A stretch of DNA of 64,000 nt from Hydrurus foetidus (taxonomy: Eukaryota), in the NCBI GenBank assembly GCA_900617105.1, contig UYFQ01000023.1:248001-312000 (forward strand). Reading direction: 5' to 3'. Positions 19,525 to 31,273 of the stretch are shown one piece after another (within the stretch, counting starts at the first letter, position 1; each line of letters opens with the position of its first letter). The position numbers and the translations under genes were made by a program. The notes beneath the pieces were generated by a model. The model did not search any database, was not told the DNA's origin, and worked only from the letters and a program-made list of their open reading frames with translations.

Positions 19525-20469
19525 CTACCCCCTCGGGTGATGCTCTTTGTGCAGCGCCTTGAGCCGTTCTCTCGCCACGTAGGTGTAAATCGTCGTCGTT
19601 GAAATATCGGCGTGCCCCAGCAGCATTTGCACGGCGCGTATGTCGGCCCCGTGGTTCAGTAAGTGCGTGGCAAAAGCATGGCGCAAGGTGTGGGGGGAGA
19701 GCGTGGCGTTGAGCTGGGTAGACAGCGCGTACTTTTTGACAATCATCCAAAACATCACCCGCGTCATGCCCTCGCCGCGCTGGGTGACGAAAAGGTCTGC
19801 GGTTTGCTGCCCGCCCAAGATCACTGAGCGTGCTTCGCTCAAGTAGCGGTTGATCCACAGCCGAGCGACTTCGCCGAAGGGCACAAAGCGCTCTTTGGCG
19901 CCTTTGCCAAAAATTTTGAGGATGCCGTCGTTCAGGCTGAGATCGGTCACGCGCAGCTCAACGAGTTCGGTCACGCGCAGACCGCTGGCGTACATCAGCT
20001 CTAGCATGGTGCGGTCGCGCAGGCCCAGCGGGGTGGTGACATCGGGCGCGTTCAACAGGGTTTCCACCTGCAATTCGGTCAGGGTTTTGGGCACCCGCAG
20101 CGCTTGTTTGGCGGCTTGGAGTTTGAGCGTGGGGTCAATTTTGATGAAGCGCTCGCGCAAGGCCCAACGAAAGTAGCGCTTGAACACTGTCAAACGCCGG
20201 TTCGCTGTGGTGGCTTTGGTAGCTGCGTACTGGGCTTCAAAGTAAGCGTTGATGTGCGCCAACGTGCTGGTGATGAGTGGCAGGCCCTGGGGGGCCAGCC
20301 AGCGCTGGAACTGGGTAAGGTCACGCCGATAGGCTTCCAGTGTGTTTTTTGAAAGCCCCTCTTCCAGCCACAAACCGTCGATGAAGGGGTCAATCAGATC
20401 GTCGGTGACTGCCCCACTGACTTCCTCGTTAACTTCATCGCTAACGGCCCCAGTCTTCACATCAATCAA
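19525..20469 (-). CDS. xerD: site-specific tyrosine recombinase XerD (start uncertain)
   Basis: [66 protein letters not shown] end. Confidence 0.94.
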   Translation of the reverse strand: MIDVKTGAVSDEVNEEVSGAVTDDLIDPFIDGLWLEEGLSKNTLEAYRRDLTQFQRWLAPQGLPLITSTLAHINAYFEAQYAATKATTANRRLTVFKRYFRWALRERFIKIDPTLKLQAAKQALRVPKTLTELQVETLLNAPDVTTPLGLRDRTMLELMYASGLRVTELVELRVTDLSLNDGILKIFGKGAKERFVPFGEVARLWINRYLSEARSVILGGQQTADLFVTQRGEGMTRVMFWMIVKKYALSTQLNATLSPHTLRHAFATHLLNHGADIRAVQMLLGHADISTTTIYTYVARERLKALHKEHHPRG

Positions 20470-21445
20470 GGCGCAGTTTTTGCTGTTCCACCACGCGCTT
20501 GTACACCGCGTATTCGGCGGCGATTTGCGCTGTGAACTGCTCAGGGGTGTTGGCCACGATCAGCGAGCCGGTGTCTTCGATGCGTTTGCGAACAGCGGGG
20601 TCTTCCAGCGCTTTGCGTACGCCAGCGTTGATTTTGTCCACCACGTCTTTAGGCAAGCCCTTGGGGCCGTAGATGCCGTAAAACGCCATGCGGTTGACCG
20701 GCTCTAAGCCCACTTCTTTGAAGGTGGGTACGTTGGGCAACTGCGGCAAGCGCTGCGGGGCAGACACAACGATCGGGATCAAACGGTTGTCGCGGATGAA
20801 CGGCATGCTGGACGGCAGATTGTCAAACGTCATCGGCACTTGGCCGGCCACCGTATCGTTCAGCGCCGGGCCAGCTCCCCGGTAGGGGATGTGCGTGACG
20901 AACGTACCCGTTAAATTTTTGTACAGCTCCATTTGCAAGTGCCCAATGCCGCCCGTTCCAGACGAGGAATAGGCGTATTTGCCTGGGGATTTTTTCAGCT
21001 CAGCAATGAAGCCTTTGTAATCTTTGGCCGGAAAGCTGGGATTCACTGCAATCACATTGGGAGTGGCCGCAATGTTGATGATGGGAGTGAAGTCCGTCAG
21101 CGAGTTATACGGAATTTTGGGATTTATGGCCGGGTTTGCCGCCACCGTGGAGACCGTGGCAATGCCCAGCTGGTAGCCATCGGCCACCGCCTTGGCGGTT
21201 TCGTTCGCGCCAATCACGCCACCACCACCTGCCTTATTTTCCACTACGACCACCTGCCCCAATGCTTTACCCAAAGGATCAGCAATGGTGCGAGCGATGA
21301 TGTCCGTGGTGCCGCCAGCAGCAAACGGTACGACGAGGTGAATCACTTTGCTGGGATAACTTTGGGCTTGTACAGCACCGGCCACCAAGAGGGGCAGCAG
21401 CGAACATACTTTCAAACTCACACGTCGGGTCAATCGTTTTGACAT
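20462..21445 (-). CDS. tripartite tricarboxylate transporter substrate-binding protein (Bug/TctC)
   Basis: [30 protein letters not shown]. Confidence 0.93.
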   Translation of the reverse strand: MSKRLTRRVSLKVCSLLPLLVAGAVQAQSYPSKVIHLVVPFAAGGTTDIIARTIADPLGKALGQVVVVENKAGGGGVIGANETAKAVADGYQLGIATVSTVAANPAINPKIPYNSLTDFTPIINIAATPNVIAVNPSFPAKDYKGFIAELKKSPGKYAYSSSGTGGIGHLQMELYKNLTGTFVTHIPYRGAGPALNDTVAGQVPMTFDNLPSSMPFIRDNRLIPIVVSAPQRLPQLPNVPTFKEVGLEPVNRMAFYGIYGPKGLPKDVVDKINAGVRKALEDPAVRKRIEDTGSLIVANTPEQFTAQIAAEYAVYKRVVEQQKLRLD

Positions 21446-21518
21446 CGGGGACTCCTGTTATAAATATTGAAAACCATTGTTACAAGTTACTGAAAACAAT
21501 GCCAGTATGCTACTCGGT

Positions 21519-22424
21519 GTGAACTACGCCCAACTCCTCATTCCTGATTTTTCGCTCATTCTTTGCGGCTACCTCGTCTGCCGCTACACCGCGCTGAACC
21601 GAACCGTGTGGGAGCAGGTGGAAAGCTTGGTCTACTACTTTTTATTCCCGGTGCTGCTGTTTCACTCGATCGCGAAAAGCCACTTGGATTGGGCTGCAGC
21701 CTCTGGTTTGATTGCAGCCGGGGTACTGACCGGCTTGGGCGGCATCGCACTGGCCTACAGCCTGCCCTACTGGCCCGTACTGCGGCGCTACGTAGACCGG
21801 CGCGAGCACGCGGCCAGTGCCCAGGTCGGGTTCCGCTTCAACTCCTTCATCGCTCTGGCTCTGGCCGAGCGCTTGGCCGGGCCACAGGGTTTGCTGATGA
21901 TTGCGGTGCTGATTGGCGTGTGCGTGCCGCTCTTCAACGTGGGGGCGGTATGGCCTATGGCCCGCCACGCGCAAAGCGGCTTTGGGGGCGCACTGCTGCG
22001 CAACCCGCTCATCATCGGCACCACTGCTGGGCTGCTGGCGAACATCGCAGGCGTGAGCGTTCCCGGCTGGTTAGAACCCACAGTGACACGCATTGGAGCA
22101 GCCTCGTTGGCGCTGGGTTTGATGGCGGCAGGGGCGGGGATGCAGTTTGGCTCGCTGGCACGCAGCAAAGCGCTGGCCGTGTCCTTGCTGTCGATACGTC
22201 ATTTCGCTACGCCTTTGATCGCGCTGATGTTATCTCGGGTCTTTGGGCTGAGTCCCGCACAAAGCACCGTGCTGCTGGCTTTCAGCGCCCTGCCCACGGC
22301 ATCGAGCTGCTACGTGCTGGCGGCCAAGATGGGCTACGACGGTGCGCTGGTGGCCGGGTTGGTCACGCTTTCGACGCTCTTGGGCATGGTGAGCTTGCCG
22401 TTTGCGCTGGGGTTATTGCAGTGA
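21519..22424 (+). CDS. AEC family transporter
   Basis: Multi-TM protein, YYFLFPVLLF, FRFNSFI, NPLI, LPTASSCYVLA; GTG start chosen, uncertain. Confidence 0.85.
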   Translation: MNYAQLLIPDFSLILCGYLVCRYTALNRTVWEQVESLVYYFLFPVLLFHSIAKSHLDWAAASGLIAAGVLTGLGGIALAYSLPYWPVLRRYVDRREHAASAQVGFRFNSFIALALAERLAGPQGLLMIAVLIGVCVPLFNVGAVWPMARHAQSGFGGALLRNPLIIGTTAGLLANIAGVSVPGWLEPTVTRIGAASLALGLMAAGAGMQFGSLARSKALAVSLLSIRHFATPLIALMLSRVFGLSPAQSTVLLAFSALPTASSCYVLAAKMGYDGALVAGLVTLSTLLGMVSLPFALGLLQ

Positions 22425-23600
22425 CGGTGACGCTGCCAATGACGTTGACGGCGCTTGCGACAACGCCCAAGCCACATGCTCACGCACCACCTCACTGGGG
22501 TGCGTGACACGGCTGTGCAAAGCGGCCTTCAACGCCTCATCAATCGGCATATTGCCCGACACCCTGAGCGCATTCCCCAGCGCCACGGCGATGTTCCGCA
22601 GCCAGCGTTCATGCCCAATGCGGCGTATCGGGCTGCCCTCGGTGAAGCGCAAAAACTCAGCCTCCGTCCACGCGAACAAGGACACAAGCGATGCGCCGGT
22701 CAAGCCTTCGCGGGCGTCAAAGTCGGGCAAGGTGCTGCGCTTTGCGAACTTATTCCAAGGGCAGACCAGCTGGCAATCGTCACAACCGTAAATGCGGTTG
22801 CCCATCGCTTGGCGAAACTCGACGGGTATAGCCCCGGCGTGCTCAATCGTCAGGTAAGAAATACACCGGCGTGCGTCCAGCCGATAAGGCGCGATGATGG
22901 CCTGGGTGGGGCAAATGTCCAGGCAGGCTTGGCACGTGCCGCAGCCGCCATCCGCACCAGACAACGGGGTTGCTGTGGCCTTCCCCGTGGGGCTCAAGGC
23001 CACGTCCACCAAAATCTCACCGAGAAAAAACATCGACCCAGCTTCGCGGTTCAGAACCAGCGTGTGCTTGCCGCGCCAGCCTTGGCCACTGCGGCTGGCG
23101 AGTTCCGCTTCGAGCACCGGGGCGGAATCGGTGTAGACGCGGTAACCCAGCGGATTGATGCGCAGGCGAATAGCATCGGCCAGCTTTTGCAGCCGCGCAC
23201 GCAGCACCTTGTGGTAATCACGCCCTCGGGCGTAGAGCGAGATGATGGCTTCTTCGGGGCGGTCTAAGCGGGCAAATTCCAGCGCTTGCCAGCCAGTGGG
23301 CAAGGCCTGTGACAGATTGCGTGGCAGGTAATCCATGCGTGCCGTGATCACACTCATCGTGCCGGGTTGCAACTCTGCGGGCCGGGCACGTTTAAGGCCG
23401 TGGGAAGCCATATAGTGCATGTCGCCGTGGTAGCCCGCGTCCAGCCAAGCCAGCAAACCTGGCTCAGCGGTGCTCAAATCCACACCGGCCACGCCAATTT
23501 GGGAGAATCCAAGCTGCAGTGCCTCGCGCTGAATGAACGAAACTAAGGCTTTATTGTCGATACAAGTGTCGATAGAGGTGTCGATAAAAGTGCTGACCAT
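22413..23600 (-). CDS. queG: epoxyqueuosine reductase
   Basis: YARGRDYHKVL, DSAPVLE, CGTCQACLDICPT, RCISYLTIE, YGCDDCQLVCPWN. Confidence 0.95.
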   Translation of the reverse strand: MVSTFIDTSIDTCIDNKALVSFIQREALQLGFSQIGVAGVDLSTAEPGLLAWLDAGYHGDMHYMASHGLKRARPAELQPGTMSVITARMDYLPRNLSQALPTGWQALEFARLDRPEEAIISLYARGRDYHKVLRARLQKLADAIRLRINPLGYRVYTDSAPVLEAELASRSGQGWRGKHTLVLNREAGSMFFLGEILVDVALSPTGKATATPLSGADGGCGTCQACLDICPTQAIIAPYRLDARRCISYLTIEHAGAIPVEFRQAMGNRIYGCDDCQLVCPWNKFAKRSTLPDFDAREGLTGASLVSLFAWTEAEFLRFTEGSPIRRIGHERWLRNIAVALGNALRVSGNMPIDEALKAALHSRVTHPSEVVREHVAWALSQAPSTSLAASPSLQ

Positions 23601-23635
23601 GCTTGGATTGTTGTTTGAAAACCGATTGTATAAAC

Positions 23636-24148
23636 GTGCCCCCCTCACTGACCGTGCCCAAGACGCTGCCTATCACCGTGGCCCTCCACTGGCCTGATGA
23701 AACCGCAACCCAGCAGTTTGCCCAAACGCTGGCCGCCCGGCCTGCCGTGCGCGATGCCTTCATCGAGCTGGAAGGCGATTTGGGGGCCGGGAAAACCACG
23801 CTGGTGCGCCACCTGCTGCGGGCGCTGGGTGTGCAGGGCCGCGTCAAAAGCCCCACTTATGCAGTGGTAGAGCCTTATGAACTGCCAAATTTGGCCTCCC
23901 CTTTAACGCCTCCTTTGGCAATCTGGCATTTCGATTTCTACCGCTTCACTGACCCTCGCGAATGGGAAGAAGCCGGGTTTCGCGACCTCTTCACCGCCCC
24001 TGGCCTGAAGCTCGTTGAATGGGCCATCAACGCCCGCGCCGCCCTGCCCCAGCCCGACTTGACCATCCAACTCATCTCGCTTGACGATGACAGCCGCCAA
24101 GTCCACTTGCATGCCCACACCGCCATCGGACAGGCTTTGATCGCATGA
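23636..24148 (+). CDS. tsaE: tRNA threonylcarbamoyladenosine biosynthesis ATPase (start uncertain)
   Basis: GDLGAGKTT, VKSPTY, HFDFYR, VEW; conserved queG-tsaE-amiC context. Confidence 0.94.
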   Translation: MPPSLTVPKTLPITVALHWPDETATQQFAQTLAARPAVRDAFIELEGDLGAGKTTLVRHLLRALGVQGRVKSPTYAVVEPYELPNLASPLTPPLAIWHFDFYRFTDPREWEEAGFRDLFTAPGLKLVEWAINARAALPQPDLTIQLISLDDDSRQVHLHAHTAIGQALIA

Positions 24149-25707
24149 CACGTCCGCTCACATCATCCACCTCTAATGCCACCACAACGTCTCGCCGCTT
24201 CTTTTTGCAGCAAGGCTGCTTGGTGCTGTTGCTGGGCACGGCAGAGCTGGCACGCGGTGCGGGCATCGTCGCCGTGCGCGTCTGGCCCGCACAAGACTAC
24301 ACCCGTGTCACCATCGAATCGGACGAAGCGCTCAAAGCCAAATCCCAGTTCGTGCCTGATCCACCCCGCTTGGCGGTAGACATCGAAGGCATCGATTTGG
24401 TGCCCGCCCTGCGCGAACTGGTGGCCAAACTGCGCTCGGATGACCCGTTCATCGCAGGCATTCGCGTTGGCCAAAATGCCCCCGGCGTGGTGCGGCTGGT
24501 GATGGATCTGAAGCAGCCCGCGCTGCCCCAGGTCTTCTCACTGCCCCCCGCCGCCGCCTACGGCCACCGCTTGGTGTTTGACCTCTACCCCGCACAGGCC
24601 ATAGACCCGCTGGAAACGCTGATTGCAGAGCGGCTTTCTGAACGATTAACTGCTAAGAAGCAGGTTGAACCAGCACAAGCAGCTCCTAAAAACGCAGCAG
24701 ATCCGTTGGGTGACTGGTTGGCCACGCAAAAACCCAAAGCCACCGACATGCCGAACGTGGTGGCCGCGTCGCCCCTCATCCTCACGCCCAGCCTGCCGCA
24801 GCCGCCGCGTCGCCTGCCACGTCCCCCGGTCACCCCATCGACAGCGCCTACCGCTACTATATCCATAGCAGGAGGCACATACTCCACCAACGGTGAAGGC
24901 CAAAATACACCGTCAACCTCAACCTCACCCTCTCCCATACCGGCACCTGTGCCCGATGCAACCACAGGCACCGACCGCCTCATCATCATCGCGCTAGACC
25001 CCGGCCACGGCGGTGAAGACCCTGGCGCGGTGGGCCCAGGCGGCACACGTGAAAAAGACGTGGTATTGCAAATCGCCCTGCGCTTGCGCGAACGCATCAA
25101 CGCCCAGCAAGTGCAGCTCAAAAGTGGCCGCGCCGTGATGCGGGCCTTTTTGACCCGCGATGCCGATTTCTTCGTGCCCCTGCATGTGCGCGTGCAAAAA
25201 GCCCAACGGGTGCAGGCCGATTTGTTTGTAAGCATCCACGCCGATGCCTTCATCACCCCGCAAGCACGCGGCGCCAGCGTGTTTGCGTTGAGTCAGGGCG
25301 GGGCATCCAGCAGCGCCGCACGCTGGATGGCAAACAAAGAAAACCAGGCCGATTTAGTGGGTGGCATCAACGTCAAAGCCGCCGATGTGCAGGTGCAGCG
25401 AGCCCTGCTGGACATGAGTACCACCGCCCAAATCAACGACAGCCTGCGCCTGGGATCCGCCATGCTGGGCGAAATAGGCTCGGTGGGCAAGCTGCACAAA
25501 AGCAGCGTTGAACAAGCCGGGTTCGCCGTGCTGAAAGCCCCTGACATCCCCAGCGTGCTGGTCGAAACCGCCTTCATCAGCAACCCCGACGAAGAAGAAC
25601 GCCTTCGCAGCGAGGCCTACCAAGAGCAACTGGCCGATGCGCTGATGCGTGGCATCAACCGCTATTTCGCCAAAAACCCACCGCTGGCGCGTTCCAGGAC
25701 ACTTTAA
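24145..25707 (+). CDS. amiC: N-acetylmuramoyl-L-alanine amidase with AMIN domain
   Basis: Tat-like SRRFFL, VRVWPA..YTRVTIES, DPGHGGED, SIHAD, SVLVETAFISN; long Pro/Thr linker. Confidence 0.92.
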   Translation: MTRPLTSSTSNATTTSRRFFLQQGCLVLLLGTAELARGAGIVAVRVWPAQDYTRVTIESDEALKAKSQFVPDPPRLAVDIEGIDLVPALRELVAKLRSDDPFIAGIRVGQNAPGVVRLVMDLKQPALPQVFSLPPAAAYGHRLVFDLYPAQAIDPLETLIAERLSERLTAKKQVEPAQAAPKNAADPLGDWLATQKPKATDMPNVVAASPLILTPSLPQPPRRLPRPPVTPSTAPTATISIAGGTYSTNGEGQNTPSTSTSPSPIPAPVPDATTGTDRLIIIALDPGHGGEDPGAVGPGGTREKDVVLQIALRLRERINAQQVQLKSGRAVMRAFLTRDADFFVPLHVRVQKAQRVQADLFVSIHADAFITPQARGASVFALSQGGASSSAARWMANKENQADLVGGINVKAADVQVQRALLDMSTTAQINDSLRLGSAMLGEIGSVGKLHKSSVEQAGFAVLKAPDIPSVLVETAFISNPDEEERLRSEAYQEQLADALMRGINRYFAKNPPLARSRTL

Positions 25708-25824
25708 TTTGCACCGAGGACGCACAACTGGTCAACCCGCGCGAAGAGACCCCCGTTGTAGCTCTACCCACGTGAATCCATGGGGGTAGCCCGAATCCCT
25801 AAATCTCTCATTGAGGAGTTTCTG

Positions 25825-26253
25825 ATGTTTAAAAAATTGATCGCCTTCGTAGCCATGATGGCCGCCACCATTGCTTTTGCCGCTGTGGACGTCAACAAAG
25901 CAACCCAAGCTGAGCTCGACAGCATCAAAGGCATTGGCCCCGGCACCGCAGAAAAAATCATGAAGGCCCGTGCTGCTGGTGACTTCAAAGATTGGTCTGA
26001 TTTCGAGAAGCGCGTGGCGGGCATCAAAGACAAACGCGCTGCCAAACTCTCCGCCGCAGGCCTGACCGTGGGCGGTGCCAGCTTCCCCGGTGCAGCACCA
26101 GCTGCACCCGCAGCCCCTGCCGCTGGCAAAAAGACTGACAAGGCCATGGCGGCTCCCGCAGCAGCGGCTCCTGCGGCAACACCAGCCGCCGCACCGGTGG
26201 CTGTTGCCCCCGCAGCACCCGCCATGCCTGCTGCCAGCGCTGCCAAGAAGTAA
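25825..26253 (+). CDS. ComEA-like helix-hairpin-helix secreted protein with Ala/Pro tail
   Basis: Signal peptide, VDVNKATQAELDSIKGIGP HhH motif; GAGGAG RBS. Confidence 0.88.
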   Translation: MFKKLIAFVAMMAATIAFAAVDVNKATQAELDSIKGIGPGTAEKIMKARAAGDFKDWSDFEKRVAGIKDKRAAKLSAAGLTVGGASFPGAAPAAPAAPAAGKKTDKAMAAPAAAAPAATPAAAPVAVAPAAPAMPAASAAKK

Positions 26254-26367
26254 GCAAAAAGTAAATTCACCGCACACCTCACCGTCTTTGCAGGCGGTGC
26301 GTCGCCGCCCCACAGGTGCCGCAATGGCATGGTGGGGCGGTTTTTCAGTTGAGGGGTTCGATCAACG

Positions 26368-26910
26368 TCACACCAGCGCAATCAAATCCGTCAGCCCCAC
26401 GTCCACCCCTTGTTGTGACAGCAGCGTGGTGACTTGGCCTCGGTGGTGGGTTTGGTGGTTGAAAAAATGCGTCAACGCCTGCCACAGTGGGTGATCGCGA
26501 TGCACACCTTTGGTATTGGCATAGCGCATCGTCCAGTCGCCCATGCCCGCAGGCGCATCGGCTAACCACGCCTCAAGGGCTGCGTCCATTTCATCACGCC
26601 GGGCTTTCAACGTGGCCCAGTCGCCGTAGAGCACCGTGTTCAGCGAACAAGGGTCTGGCAGTTGGATGGCGGTGGCGAGTGCTGAAGAATCAAACCCGTG
26701 GTCTGCCCCGCACTGCACAAAGCGGCGTGACCACATCTGGTCGCCCACCATCAGGTGGTTAAGTGTGCGGTGGATGGAGCCAAAGAAAGCCCCCGTCTCG
26801 CGCTTGCGGGCCTCGTCGCTCAGGCCATCGCACGCAGCGTACAGGCGCTGGTTGAACCAGCGGTTGTAGCGGGCCAGCAAGCTATAGTTGTCAACAAAAG
26901 CAGCACTCAC
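26368..26910 (-). CDS. DinB family protein
   Basis: [33 protein letters not shown]. Confidence 0.9.
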   Translation of the reverse strand: MSAAFVDNYSLLARYNRWFNQRLYAACDGLSDEARKRETGAFFGSIHRTLNHLMVGDQMWSRRFVQCGADHGFDSSALATAIQLPDPCSLNTVLYGDWATLKARRDEMDAALEAWLADAPAGMGDWTMRYANTKGVHRDHPLWQALTHFFNHQTHHRGQVTTLLSQQGVDVGLTDLIALV

Positions 26911-29900
26911 AGTGCTCCCTCCACCTCAGCACCATACCCACCGCCACCCGGCGTGTGAATCTCAAACACATCGCCCGCTTTCATCTCCGCTTGCCCGATG
27001 TGGGCCAGTTCTTCGATGCGGCCATCGGCACGCACCACGCGGTTCAGGCCCACGGCCCCTGCACTGCCGCCAGCCAGGCCGAACGCGCCGTGGGTGCGGC
27101 CATTGCTCAGGATGCTGGCGGTCATGGCCTCTAAAAATCGGACGCGGCGCACACCACCGTCGCCACCGCGCCACTGCCCGCTTCCCCCTGAACCGCTGCG
27201 GATTTCATAGCTTTCCAAGCGCACGGGGAAACGGAATTCCAAGATTTCAGGGTCGGTCAGACGGGAATTCGTCATGTGGGTTTGCACCACGCTGGTGCCG
27301 TTGAATCCCTCGCCCGCCCCCGAGCCGCCTGAGATGGTTTCGTAGTACTGGTGTTTGGCGTTGCCAAAGGTGAAGTTATTCATCGTGCATTGCCCTGCCG
27401 CCAGCACGCCCAGCGCACCAAACAGGGCATTGGTGACGCAAGTCGAGGTCTCCACGTTACCCGCCACCACCGAAGCAGGTGGGTTCGGGTTCAACATAGA
27501 GCCGGGCGGGATGATGACGTGCAGGGGCTTCAGACAACCCGCATTCAGCGGAATGTCGTCGTCCACCAGCGTGCGGAACACGTACAGCACCGCCGCCATG
27601 CACACGGCGGTGGGGGCGTTGAAGTTGTTGGTTTGCTGCGGGCTGGTGCCGGTGAAGTCGATCACCGCGCTGCGCTCGGCGGCGTTGATGCGCACGGCGA
27701 CGCAAATCTGTGCGCCGTTGTCCAGCGGAAGGGTGAAGCTGTTGGATTGGAACCTGACCCCGATCAAGGCAATCGCCCGGCGTACCGCTTCTTCGGCGTT
27801 GTCTTGCACATGGCGCATGTAGGCTTGCACGACATCCAGACCAAACTGATCGACCATCTTGCGCAGCTCTTGCAAGCCTTTTTCGTTCGCGGCGATCTGG
27901 GCCTTCAAGTCAGCCATGTTTTGCGCGGGGTTGCGGCTGGGGTAAGGCGTGGTGCCACCGCCCGTGGCCAGCAAATCGAGCATCTCGGCTTCGCGCAGCA
28001 CGCCTTGATCGACGAGTTTGACGTTGTTGATCTGCACGCCCTCCTCTTCAATCGTGGTGGAAAACGGTGGCATGGAGCCGGGGGTGATGCCACCAATGTC
28101 CGCATGGTGGCCTCGGCTGCCTACATAAAACAGAGGCTGAGCATGGCCGGTCAAATACACCGGTGTGATCACCGTCACGTCCGGCAAATGCGTGCCGCCG
28201 TGGTACGGATCATTCAACACGAACACATCGCCGGGCTGCATCTGACCGGCGTTTTCTCGGATCACCGTCTTGATGCTTTCGCCCATGCTGCCCAAATGCA
28301 CCGGCATGTGGGGCGCGTTGGCGATGAGGTTGCCGTCGGCATCGAACAGCGCACAGCTGAAGTCCAGCCGCTCTTTGATGTTGACCGAGTAGGCGGTGTT
28401 CTGCAATTGCAGGCCCATTTGCTCGGCGATGTTCATGAACAGGTTGTTGAACACCTCCAGCAGCACCGGATCAGCCGTGGTGCCCGCCGCGAATTTGATA
28501 GCGCGTGTCGCACGTCTGTCGAGCACAAGATGGTCATAAGATGTTAAATTGGCCTCCCAACCAGGCTCCACCACCGTGGTGGCGTTGCGCTCGGCAATGA
28601 TGGCCGGGCCGGTGACGGTATCGCCGGGCCGCATGTCTTCGCGCACCACCAGGGCGGCATCGTGCCACCGGCCTTCGGCGTACATGGGCACGGTTTCGCG
28701 GCGCGGTGCTTCGCGCTGTGGATGGACAGTTTGGCGCTGCTCGTTGGGGGCATCGCCAGCGATGACAGCTTCGACAGACACCGCTTCGACGACCAAGGCC
28801 CGGCCCTGCATCAGAAAGGCAAAGCGCTGGCGGTAGGCGGCTTCAAAGCGGGCTTGGATGCCGTGCGCCATGCCATCGTCAAAAGCAACCACCAACGCCG
28901 AATCACTCCCCTGGTAGCGCACATGCACCCGGCGGTGCGTGACCACCTCGCCCTGACTGACTCCGCTCTTGTGCAGCTCCGCCTCTGCCGTTGCAGCCAG
29001 TGCATCCAAAGTTTGGGCGATGTGGGGCAGTGAGGACTCGGCCAGCGGCAACTCCACGGCCTGTTCTTTGATGACGGTTTGATCGGCCAGCCCCATGCCG
29101 TAAGCGGACAGCACGCCCGCCATCGGATGGGCGAACACGCGGGTCATGCCCAGCGCATCGGCGACCAGACAGGCGTGCTGACCGCCCGCGCCGCCAAAGG
29201 TTTGCAGGGTGTAGCGGGTCACGTCGTAGCCTCTGGCGACAGAGATTTTTTTGATCGCGTTCGCCATTTGCTGCACGGCGATCTGGAGGAAGCCCTCGGC
29301 CACGTCTTCGGCGGTACGGCCCGTCGTTTGTGCCAAATCAGCGAATTTTTGCTTCACCACCGCCGCATCCAGCGGCTGGTCGGCGTTGGGGCCGAACACC
29401 TTGGGGAAGTAGCGCGACTGGATTTTGCCCAGCATCACGTTAGCATCCGTCACGGCCAGCGGCCCGCCGCGCTGGTAGCTGGCGGGGCCGGGGTTGGCAC
29501 CGGCGCTTTGCGGGCCGACGCGGAACCGTGCGCCGTCGAACTGCAACAGCGAGCCACCGCCCGCCGCCACGGTGTGGATGCTCATCATGGGGGCACGCAT
29601 GCGCACACCGGCCACCTGGGTTTCAAACTCACGCTCGAATTCACCGGCAAAGTGGCTCACATCGGTGCTGGTGCCGCCCATGTCGAAGCCGATCACTTTG
29701 TCAAAACTGGCGAGCTGTGCTGTCCGTGCCATGCCCACAATGCCGCCAGCGGGGCCGCTCAAAATAGCGTCTTTGCCCTGGAAGGTGTTGGCATCGGTCA
29801 AGCCACCGGACGACTGCATGAAGAACAACCGCACACCCGGCATCTCCCCGGCCACCTGCTCCACATAGCGGCGCAGGATGGGCGAGAGGTAGGCATCCAC

Positions 29901-30572
29901 GACGGTGGTGTCACCCCGGCTGACGAACTTCATCATCGGGCTGGTTTCGTGCGAGGTGCTGATCTGCGTGAAACCCACCTCTTGGGCGATGCGCCGGGCG
30001 GCCAGCTCGTGGGCGGTGTAGCGGTAGCCGTGCATGAATACGATGGCAACGCTGCGCAGCCCTTGCTGGTATTGCTGAAGCAGCTCCTGTTTTAAGAGCG
30101 ATTCATCCAAAGGCACAAGCAACTCACCCGTCGCACTCACGCGCTCTTGCGCCTCCACCACGGCGCTGTAGAGCAACTCGGGCAGCTGGATGTGGCGGTC
30201 AAACAAGCGGGGGCGGTTTTGGTAGGCGATGCGCAGCGCATCCCGAAAGCCGCGCGTCGTGACCAGCAAGGTAAGCTCGCCTTTGCGCTCCAGCAGCGCG
30301 TTGGTGGCGACGGTCGTGCCCATCTTGACGCACTCGACCACCTCAGGGGTAACGGCCTCGCCCGGCTTGAGCCCCAGCAAATGGCGGATACCGGCGACGG
30401 CAGCATCTTTGTACTGCTCGGGGTTTTCGCTGAGCAGCTTGTGGGTGACGAGGCTGAAGGTTCCGTCCGCGTTGGGGCGCTTGCCCACCACGTCGGTGAA
30501 GGTGCCGCCCCGGTCGATCCAGAACTGCCAGCGGGGGTGGGGGTTGACGGTCGTATCGGCAGGCGTGTTCAT
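26907..30572 (-). CDS. fused hydantoinase/5-oxoprolinase (ATP-dependent)
   Basis: [54 protein letters not shown]. Confidence 0.93.
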   Translation of the reverse strand: MNTPADTTVNPHPRWQFWIDRGGTFTDVVGKRPNADGTFSLVTHKLLSENPEQYKDAAVAGIRHLLGLKPGEAVTPEVVECVKMGTTVATNALLERKGELTLLVTTRGFRDALRIAYQNRPRLFDRHIQLPELLYSAVVEAQERVSATGELLVPLDESLLKQELLQQYQQGLRSVAIVFMHGYRYTAHELAARRIAQEVGFTQISTSHETSPMMKFVSRGDTTVVDAYLSPILRRYVEQVAGEMPGVRLFFMQSSGGLTDANTFQGKDAILSGPAGGIVGMARTAQLASFDKVIGFDMGGTSTDVSHFAGEFEREFETQVAGVRMRAPMMSIHTVAAGGGSLLQFDGARFRVGPQSAGANPGPASYQRGGPLAVTDANVMLGKIQSRYFPKVFGPNADQPLDAAVVKQKFADLAQTTGRTAEDVAEGFLQIAVQQMANAIKKISVARGYDVTRYTLQTFGGAGGQHACLVADALGMTRVFAHPMAGVLSAYGMGLADQTVIKEQAVELPLAESSLPHIAQTLDALAATAEAELHKSGVSQGEVVTHRRVHVRYQGSDSALVVAFDDGMAHGIQARFEAAYRQRFAFLMQGRALVVEAVSVEAVIAGDAPNEQRQTVHPQREAPRRETVPMYAEGRWHDAALVVREDMRPGDTVTGPAIIAERNATTVVEPGWEANLTSYDHLVLDRRATRAIKFAAGTTADPVLLEVFNNLFMNIAEQMGLQLQNTAYSVNIKERLDFSCALFDADGNLIANAPHMPVHLGSMGESIKTVIRENAGQMQPGDVFVLNDPYHGGTHLPDVTVITPVYLTGHAQPLFYVGSRGHHADIGGITPGSMPPFSTTIEEEGVQINNVKLVDQGVLREAEMLDLLATGGGTTPYPSRNPAQNMADLKAQIAANEKGLQELRKMVDQFGLDVVQAYMRHVQDNAEEAVRRAIALIGVRFQSNSFTLPLDNGAQICVAVRINAAERSAVIDFTGTSPQQTNNFNAPTAVCMAAVLYVFRTLVDDDIPLNAGCLKPLHVIIPPGSMLNPNPPASVVAGNVETSTCVTNALFGALGVLAAGQCTMNNFTFGNAKHQYYETISGGSGAGEGFNGTSVVQTHMTNSRLTDPEILEFRFPVRLESYEIRSGSGGSGQWRGGDGGVRRVRFLEAMTASILSNGRTHGAFGLAGGSAGAVGLNRVVRADGRIEELAHIGQAEMKAGDVFEIHTPGGGGYGAEVEGAL

Positions 30573-30600
30573 GACGGTAGGTTCCAAGAGTAAAGGGGAG

Positions 30601-31149
30601 TTAAAAACTGGCGGCAGACCGCGCTGCTTGGTCGTAAATGCCGGACAGCACACGCAGCAAGCGAGCCAGCTCACCAATATCGCGGTTCAGTGAGTCGTCC
30701 GCTTTCAGTGCGTCGATCAGGCAGGATTCGCGGATCTCGCGGTAGCGGTCAAGGTAGACCTGCCCTTGCGCCGTACAGGCGTAGGTGACTTCTTTGCCGC
30801 TTTTTTTGGACTCCACAACGCCCAAGCCTTGCAATTTTTTGAGCGAATAGTTGATGAGGTGGGTGTCTTCCACATTCATGATGAAGCAAATATCAGCCAG
30901 CCGTTTGTCTCTGGCGCGGTGGGTGACATGGTGCAAGACCAGCACGTCCAGTGGGGTCAAATCCTTCAGACCAGCCGCACTCATGCAATGCAATATCCAG
31001 CGGTGAAAGGCGTTGCCCGCGACGATCAAGCCAAACTCGAATTCACTGAGCTGGGCACTTTGCGGGGACACCAAATGCGCAGACGACACGATGGGCTGCG
31101 GGGCTGCTGCCGATTTTCCTGGCACGGTAGAAACAAGTTTGCGTGTCAT
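30601..31149 (-). CDS. MarR-type winged-helix regulator
   Basis: [28 protein letters not shown]; first gene of the oxoprolinase operon. Confidence 0.85.
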   Translation of the reverse strand: MTRKLVSTVPGKSAAAPQPIVSSAHLVSPQSAQLSEFEFGLIVAGNAFHRWILHCMSAAGLKDLTPLDVLVLHHVTHRARDKRLADICFIMNVEDTHLINYSLKKLQGLGVVESKKSGKEVTYACTAQGQVYLDRYREIRESCLIDALKADDSLNRDIGELARLLRVLSGIYDQAARSAASF

Positions 31150-31239
31150 GTGAAAGCTCTATGTAAATCGTCATCAGCGTTGGAGTCAAAAGGGTGCATG
31201 GCGTTGGCACCCTTATTGCGTAAGTCAAATTGTAGAAGC

Positions 31240-31273
31240 ATCATCAACAATTTATCAACAATTTGTTGATGAT
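31240..31273. promoter_or_regulatory. candidate operator between MarR-like gene and TRAP operon
   Basis: ATCAACAATTT tandem pair (31243-31264) overlapping perfect palindrome ATCAACAA-T-TTGTTGAT (31254-31270). Confidence 0.62.

Noticed and set aside
19525..20469. Tyrosine recombinase as integrase of the adjacent island
   Set aside because: It has chromosomal XerD features, lies outside the IR/target-duplication boundaries, and no phage or ICE genes are present.
26085..26250. GCA/CCT-rich repeats as a CRISPR or DNA repeat array
   Set aside because: Explained by the Ala/Pro low-complexity tail of the HhH protein; no regularly spaced identical repeats were seen anywhere in the window.
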